From: Takakia lepidozioides
Taxonomy: Eukaryota; Plantae; Bryophyta
Length of the DNA: 64,000 bases
Assembly (NCBI GenBank): GCA_030704615.1
Contig: CM060731.1
Coordinates: 620,001 to 684,000, forward strand
Direction of reading: 5' to 3'
Of this stretch, positions 48,767 to 64,000 are shown in pieces (position 1 is the stretch's first letter; the number at the start of each line of letters is the position of its first letter). The notes beneath the pieces were generated by a model. That model made no database searches, had not been told where the DNA came from, and worked only from the letters and a program-made list of their open reading frames with translations. The translations under genes were made by a program, and so were the position numbers.

Positions 48767-49303
48767 ACATAAGTGAAAGATGTGCCAATATCCTTTACAC
48801 TTTTACATGTCTGGAAGGGGAAAATACAGCATGCAAAATTGTCTTTAGGTCCCAATTGATGATGGTTACGAACACAAACTCTTCTGACACTTGTGAGGAT
48901 GTGAGAACGTCATATTATGAAGAGCTGAGGCTCATGTCAAGGTGAAACAAGGCTCCATGGGAGATTATTTTTTCCTCACCATACTCAATTTCCAGGGCCT
49001 CTGTCCCCTGTTTAAACAAATATAAATTAAAAAATCAAGTATCTACGTGCACATTAGCAAAATTGGAGTATGAAGTGCATGGAGTTTTATATCAAAACTT
49101 GAGCTAACAAAGTTCACAAATGTGAAAGACACTTGCAATCACATTTGATAGTGTCGCAAGGGATCTACGCGGCTTGCTAAAACAGGCCAAGAATCATTGC
49201 TTCATGTCTCTTTGATCTTCTACTTCTCCATGGATTCTCAGATCACAGCTGTTGTGGTTCTTGCATACGGATCTTCTTGGAGCCGATAAAGTCAGGTACA
49301 TTA

Positions 49304-49954
49304 GAGTTATCCGTAAAGTAATCCCGAGTTTGGTGCCCTGTTTGGACTCGAGTTACGGGTTTCATCCTGAGTTTGAGTTAATCCGTAAAGTGCAGAAAAC
49401 TGGGCACGAAGTCAGAAAATTGGGCACCAAATCGTAAACTGGGGATGAGGGCAACGGCTGCTTCCTCTGACGATTGAGTGTTAGTGTAGTCCAATTCATC
49501 CTCGCAGTCCGCCATAGGTTAACACAAAGTTGCCCCCAAACCCTGTAAACGAAACAACCTGCAGCTGAGAGAAGAAGTCACCAAAGCCCACCTGAGGACC
49601 AGAATGCACGAGTCTGAAAAGAAAGAAAACACCAGCCGCTGGCCACGATTCCCCACCGCGCGCACTCCAATCTGCAAACGAGCACACCCAAATGGACAAA
49701 AACGTGCTCCAACGATGCGCGACCTCCCTCCAGAAGCTTGCTATGGCGCAAGCTCGTGAGCTCTGACTCTCTTGGCCTCGATGCAAACAAAACTCGGCAC
49801 CAAACTCCTTTCACCCCCATTTTCATGGTCCTGGCAGTTTGGTCCCCTGTTTTTTTCTAGTCGTGCCGCTTGATCCCATGTTTTGAGTTTCATGCCGAGT
49901 TTTGGCCAAACTCGGGGTTCTCATGCCGAGTTTGGGACCCTTTACGGATAACTC
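49304..49954. mobile_element. MITE with 15-bp TIR GAGTTATCCGTAAAG and TA flanks
   Basis: TAGAGTTATCCGTAAAG (49302-49318) versus CTTTACGGATAACTCTA (49940-49956); subterminal CCGAGTTT repeats. Confidence 0.65.
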
Positions 49955-50960
49955 TATTGGTTCTGCTTTCTTCCTCACGTCTTGCCGCTGCACATACTGT
50001 CCTCTGTGAAGGATATATTAAGCGTCGGTGCTGTGCTGGCATTGAAAGGTGATCCCGGTCACGTGGCTTCACTGCTGGTGAAAGCGCGGTCGGGATGCCA
50101 CTTGGCCTCAAGATGGGGCAGCAAGCAAGTGTAGAGGGATAAATCTCTTCCTCCTTTTTGTTGTTGCTCTCAATGTTAGCTCCCTTGCACTATACATTTG
50201 GTGGATTTGAACAGGGAGAGTGTCCTCTTCAAAGAATTCATGTATGCCTCGGCTCTGCTCACAATTGAGAAACTCCTACCAGATCGCACGGTTTCACACT
50301 GCTGGTCGAGAGGGTGCGACGGGGACGGGGACGCCGCTCCCGCTTGGCAGACTATTCGGTCAACCTTGGAAGGAACTACTTGGGAGTTGATACCCGATCA
50401 GGAAAATGAAGACGTTGTAAAACCATTCCAACCTCAGATGCCAGTGGGCCGCGAGTTGTACAGGGATAATAAGCCACTTCCCTTCAGCAGATCCACAGTT
50501 TCCATCAGGGAAATTGTTCCAATTCTCAATTGAGCGAGATAGAAATAAATCCACCAGGGCTGCGCTGGAGAATCTTACGGAAGCTCCAGGTCAGCTCTTT
50601 GCTCAGAACTGCTATTGATTGGAATATTACATAATGTAGATGGAATGACATGAGTTTTAATTTGTGAGTCTACGGTACCTCATCACATTGCCATTGAAGG
50701 TGGGAGGACAACGTGCGTGTCCTAGAGTGCAAGATACGTTCCACTTCAGAATTTGAGTCTGCACTCCTAGCTTCAATGACAATGACACAGACGACAACAG
50801 ATTGATCAATGTGCCTTTACAGCATAGTTGAAATGTTACCATGGAAGAGAGAGAGAGAGGTTGCTGGAATTTGTTTAACTCAAATTGTCGGGCACGACGA
50901 GGAGAAGTTAAAGTACTGGACGGACCCATTCTCTTCCTTGTTAATGCGGCAGGTGACAGC

Positions 50961-60237
<9,277 letters not shown>

Positions 60238-60542
60238 TCTCAGATCTGTCTCATATACATGTTGGTGGACTTGATGCCATGGAAGTTGAAAATGAGGAGT
60301 ATGTGCTTGCTACTGTTCTACTTTTGCTTCAGGAAAGGATGTTTAGAGGCTTATGCTTCAATGTGGTAAGTACTTGTTTTCTGAGATTGAGGAGCACTCG
60401 CATTTGTAGTGTAGCAGCTGACATGGTTGGTTAGAAGACTGTGACCTGTTCCCATCTGTTCAAAAATAGGTGACATGGTCATGTAGGACAATGTTGGAGT
60501 GTCAAGGTTATAGCCCTTGCACGGCTCTTTGAGAACAGAACG

Positions 60543-60614
60543 GGATGGGTAGCTCAGTGGTAGAGCACCCCTCCGGAATGGGGGAGGTCCTAGGTTCAAT
60601 CCCTAGCCCGACCA
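60543..60614 (+). ncRNA. tRNA-like cloverleaf in the TRIM 5' LTR (Pol III A and B boxes)
   Basis: D arm GCTC-AGTGGTA-GAGC, T arm CTAGG-TTCAATC-CCTAG, acceptor GGATGGG/CCCGACC; anticodon loop non-canonical (no U33). Confidence 0.8.
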
Positions 60615-60756
60615 CACGCCAGTGGTTTTCCAACATGGTATCAGAGCCAAGGTTGGGGGTGGTCAGAATGGGCATTAGCTATAAGGGCTATGCCTTGAGG
60701 GGGAGTGTTGGAGTGTCAAGGTTATAGCCCTTGCACGGCACTTTGAGAACAGAACG

Positions 60757-60828
60757 GGACGGGTAGCTCAGTGGTAGAGCACCCCACCGGAATGGGGAAG
60801 GTCCTAGGTTCAATCCCTAGCCCGACCA
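60757..60828 (+). ncRNA. tRNA-like cloverleaf in the TRIM 3' LTR
   Basis: Same fold; acceptor GGACGGG/CCCGACC. Confidence 0.8.
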
Positions 60829-62132
60829 CTCGCCAGTGGTTTTCCAACAGACAATTGATTTAGTACTCACAACAAGGGCCACAAACTGTTGGCATTCTCC
60901 TAAATTGTTGGGATGGGCCATACCAAGAATGTAGTGGTTGGGCTACCATTGTTGTCAGCAGAAATTTCGGGTTGATATGCTCTGCACTGTCTTCAGGTCA
61001 CGAGTCATTTAAAAATGAAGATGGTATGGACATGGTCATTTATGATAGTCTCGAACTTCTGGTGCAGTGGGGAAGTACTCCGACACATGCAATCTCAATA
61101 GATTATGGGCCACTACATTAATCTTGTAAAGAGAGATTAACTAAATAGTCCCAAAAGCACTAAGGAGCAGAATCAAGAGGCAAAAGTGTGGTGTTTGTTG
61201 GAGGACCAAGTGAAAGATCGGCTAGGAAGAATGGTTCGATGGGATCACCAAGTGAGGAAACATAGTACTAGAGGAACATCAACAGGTAGAACGGAGGTGG
61301 TGTGGTTTCTTTCTACTATGGAACAATATGTAGGACCCTATGCACATTGCCCACTGGCCACCCATTTTGGCTCACCTGTCATCGTGTATCCATGACCAAT
61401 TCCATCTGCAATCTAAACAATTGCTTAACCAAAAGGGCCAATAAACAAGCGAAAACTTCCTTGGCACACACTAGGATACACATTCAAAAATGGACTGAAT
61501 TAAATGTTAAGAATCACAAACTATGTAACCACCTCTCGACTACCAATCACCAAACCATCACATATGCCCAAATGCCCTAGACAATCCAACTTAGTTATGT
61601 ACAATATATGGATAATCAACGCAAACATCTATTTTTCTTTGCCTAACTTATATCCATCGCCGATCTACTCACTCTATATATCAAACCCCACCATGCGACT
61701 GGCTGCATCTCTTTGGACAATGGTCGCACATTATCATTACATGGCCTTGGAATAATACGTCACAATCAAGTGATTGACCTTCACAAACTTGTGTTGCAAA
61801 CACCTTTGGCCCAATTAAAAGATTATTCGTTTTAGGGAACCGAATGCTCCGCAAACTTCGCGCACATCTGCAATCGAAATGACTTGGCCGCATTCCAATA
61901 TGTTTTCTCTAAGCTAACTTCCATTTTTTAGGTTTCCACTTTAAATTTAGCTTCCATGAGTATTCTGATGATCATTTTTAGCCACCGCTATTAAATTTTT
62001 ACTTAGCCATAGCAGCTCAAGCTGCCTTTCTCCAAGTGCTCTCCTGTTTGAATATCATCTCTCTAATCCCCAGCACTAATAGGAACGCCTTGCTTATCAC
62101 TAGCCCACATAGTTCTCTTCAGCAAGTACACC

Positions 62133-63673
62133 ATGGCACTTAGAATCTCCATCGATTTTGACAACGATTCCACAGCTTCTATTGACAACTCGCAGCATCC
62201 CCACTTCAACACATCTGACGCATACATCAGGGCAGAGCCCCAACTTCCACGGCTTGTCGTGCAGCCTTGTGACGAGCAGTAGGTGCTTATAACGATTCCC
62301 CAGCAAATCAAGGCACATTCAGAAAACAATCGACCAAACAATGACTACTACGTTTTGTGTGAGGCAGAAACCCTAAACCCTGCAGAATATCCTACGGGCT
62401 ATCTAACAGAGGAAGAAGAAGCATTCCAAGAATTTTGTGCAGAAAACGCCCAGAGTCTGAGCCAGGTCGGAGATCGCCCTCCCCTTCTCGAAACGCAGAA
62501 TCATCAGGTACTATTCCTAGCGGTCTTCCAGAAAAGTACGGATTATACGACACTACGCACTACTTTCAACTTGAAGATTAGCACATGGGCGAACAGTCTC
62601 AACCTCAAGAAGAGTTTCACGGAAGTGCTCAATCTGGCCAAGCGAGCATAATTCAGCCCACACAACACTTGGCTGTGATGTGGAGCTTACAACGTTAGAC
62701 AGTTTGTGGTATGATCGTTTTGAGGTTGTGGTGGATGCCTCGATTGACGCCCTATCTAGCATATTAATGCTCAAACTGTGCGAACGAGTGGCCCAACAGT
62801 AACTTCACCGCTAGCTACTGTTACAAAGATTGTTGACAAATGTCTTCATATACAGCTGCCACTAGCAGAAATCAAGTGTGCACTGCTCAGAGGTGATTCC
62901 CTCTATTGGCGACAACTTGGACTATTGCAAGAACTCTGCTTTGGGGAACAGGACGGTGCTCTTACCCACACTGGTCCACATATCAGGATCAACAAATTAT
63001 GGATTGATGTCTTTATACATGGCCAGGGCACCTTTTTGTTGCGATTCCTACGTTTTGGACAGGCACGACCATCCACACTGGAATACAAACATATCTTCTC
63101 AGGACTATCTACTTCACAAGCCAAAGCATTGGACGGGGAGCTGGTCATACTCCCGGCTGTCAAATTTGAAGATGAGAAAGTTTACAGACTTCAGGCAGGT
63201 AACTTGGCTGGATGGCATGGCTACTGGCGCTATCCTGGTTCGTGAATGGGGTACACACCCCACATTCGTGGATTTTTGGATTAAAGAACCAAGAGTCTGG
63301 CACATGCTTGCTGCATCTGCCTACACTAGCGAAACACACGAGCTCATCAAGGTTACATACCTACAGGAATGGAGATCCCCGAAACTCTTTGCTGGAGATA
63401 ATCACACATGGTCCCTATCTGCCGAATTACGACGACAACGCCAGGAGGCAATATAATCCTACAACTCTGAACTACAGATGGGATCTTTTCCATCTAAAAT
63501 CTGCAGCCTTACATGATGGCTCATTGACTGCCCAACTCGTGACTGGACCTGATCCTGCCTCCAGTCATCTACTGTACTTTACACTTGCTGTTGGGACCCT
63601 GGTGGATGTCACTTGCTTCCAAATTGGCCATTTTGCAATCCTCCAGGTTGGGGATGGTGGACAATCTCTGTGA
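62133..63673 (+). pseudogene. Decayed long ORF of unknown family
   Basis: ATG 62133 and ORFs 62283-62651 and 62778-63245 share one frame with several stops; overlapping ORFs continue to 63673. Confidence 0.35.
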
Positions 63674-64000
63674 CGAAGACTCTTTGTTGGACTGGCGGTG
63701 ACTTTCAGCTGCCCTTGAGTCTGGAATGCCCTGCGGGAGGTTGGTGTGGAGTAACTTCGGAGGTGCACCTCCTTCCTGCCTGGTTTGGCAACACCAAAGT
63801 GTTGCCTTCCTCTGATCATTTCCCAGAGGTACTCCCACTACCCACCAAACCCCCTTGCATTATTCGCTACATCTTAATGTTGTCCCCCCTTCTCTATAAT
63901 TATATTGTTGCATATTGCCCGTGTAGTCAGCCTGCTTTTGATTTCTTGCAATCAATCCAAGTTCTACTAACCCCAATCGATATAAGCAAACACGATACTA

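Larger units (their letters stand above)
60492..60849 (+). mobile_element. TRIM with tRNA-like LTRs (Helenus-like)
   Basis: 144-bp LTRs 60492-60635 and 60706-60849 (5 differences); PBS TGGTATCAGAGCC 60636-60648; PPT GAGGGGGAG; TSD GACAA. Confidence 0.95.

Noticed and set aside
50198-50533. Separate 111-aa gene upstream of beta-galactosidase
   Set aside because: No recognisable motif or supported splice structure.
60543-60828. Two functional tRNA genes (apparent anticodon GGA)
   Set aside because: No U33, short variable arm inconsistent with tRNA-Ser, an acceptor mismatch, and both lie inside TRIM LTRs.
62652-62777. Stops repaired by U-to-C editing
   Set aside because: Every stop codon begins with T, so this is uninformative; nuclear C>T decay is sufficient.

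Overview
Nuclear DNA of a land plant, probably a non-seed plant such as a bryophyte (inferred from gene style and TE types). About two-thirds is transposable elements. Left third: a three-level nest. A CACTA element (to 21107) carries a Galadriel-like Ty3/gypsy chromovirus (3710-19330, TSD TATAG), whose RT is interrupted by a 10.8-kb Ty3/gypsy element (5507-16263, TSD CTTC). That inner element encodes a C5-cytosine DNA methyltransferase in frame with RT. Its primer-binding site is complementary to its own LTR rather than a tRNA, and a diverged relative at 24811-25161 shows the same feature. It also carries a captured ribosomal P-protein C-terminus and a conserved structured leader before gag. 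Host genes: ureF (plus a partial duplicate), a 3-exon peroxisomal hotdog thioesterase (DHNAT-like), a PLS-DYW PPR editing factor broken at the PG box, and a multi-exon GH2 beta-galactosidase. Other elements: a second near-complete chromovirus (34995-41955), three TTAA-flanked piggyBac-like MITEs, and a 358-bp TRIM whose LTRs each contain a tRNA-like cloverleaf. All coordinates and alignments were read by eye; no searches were run.
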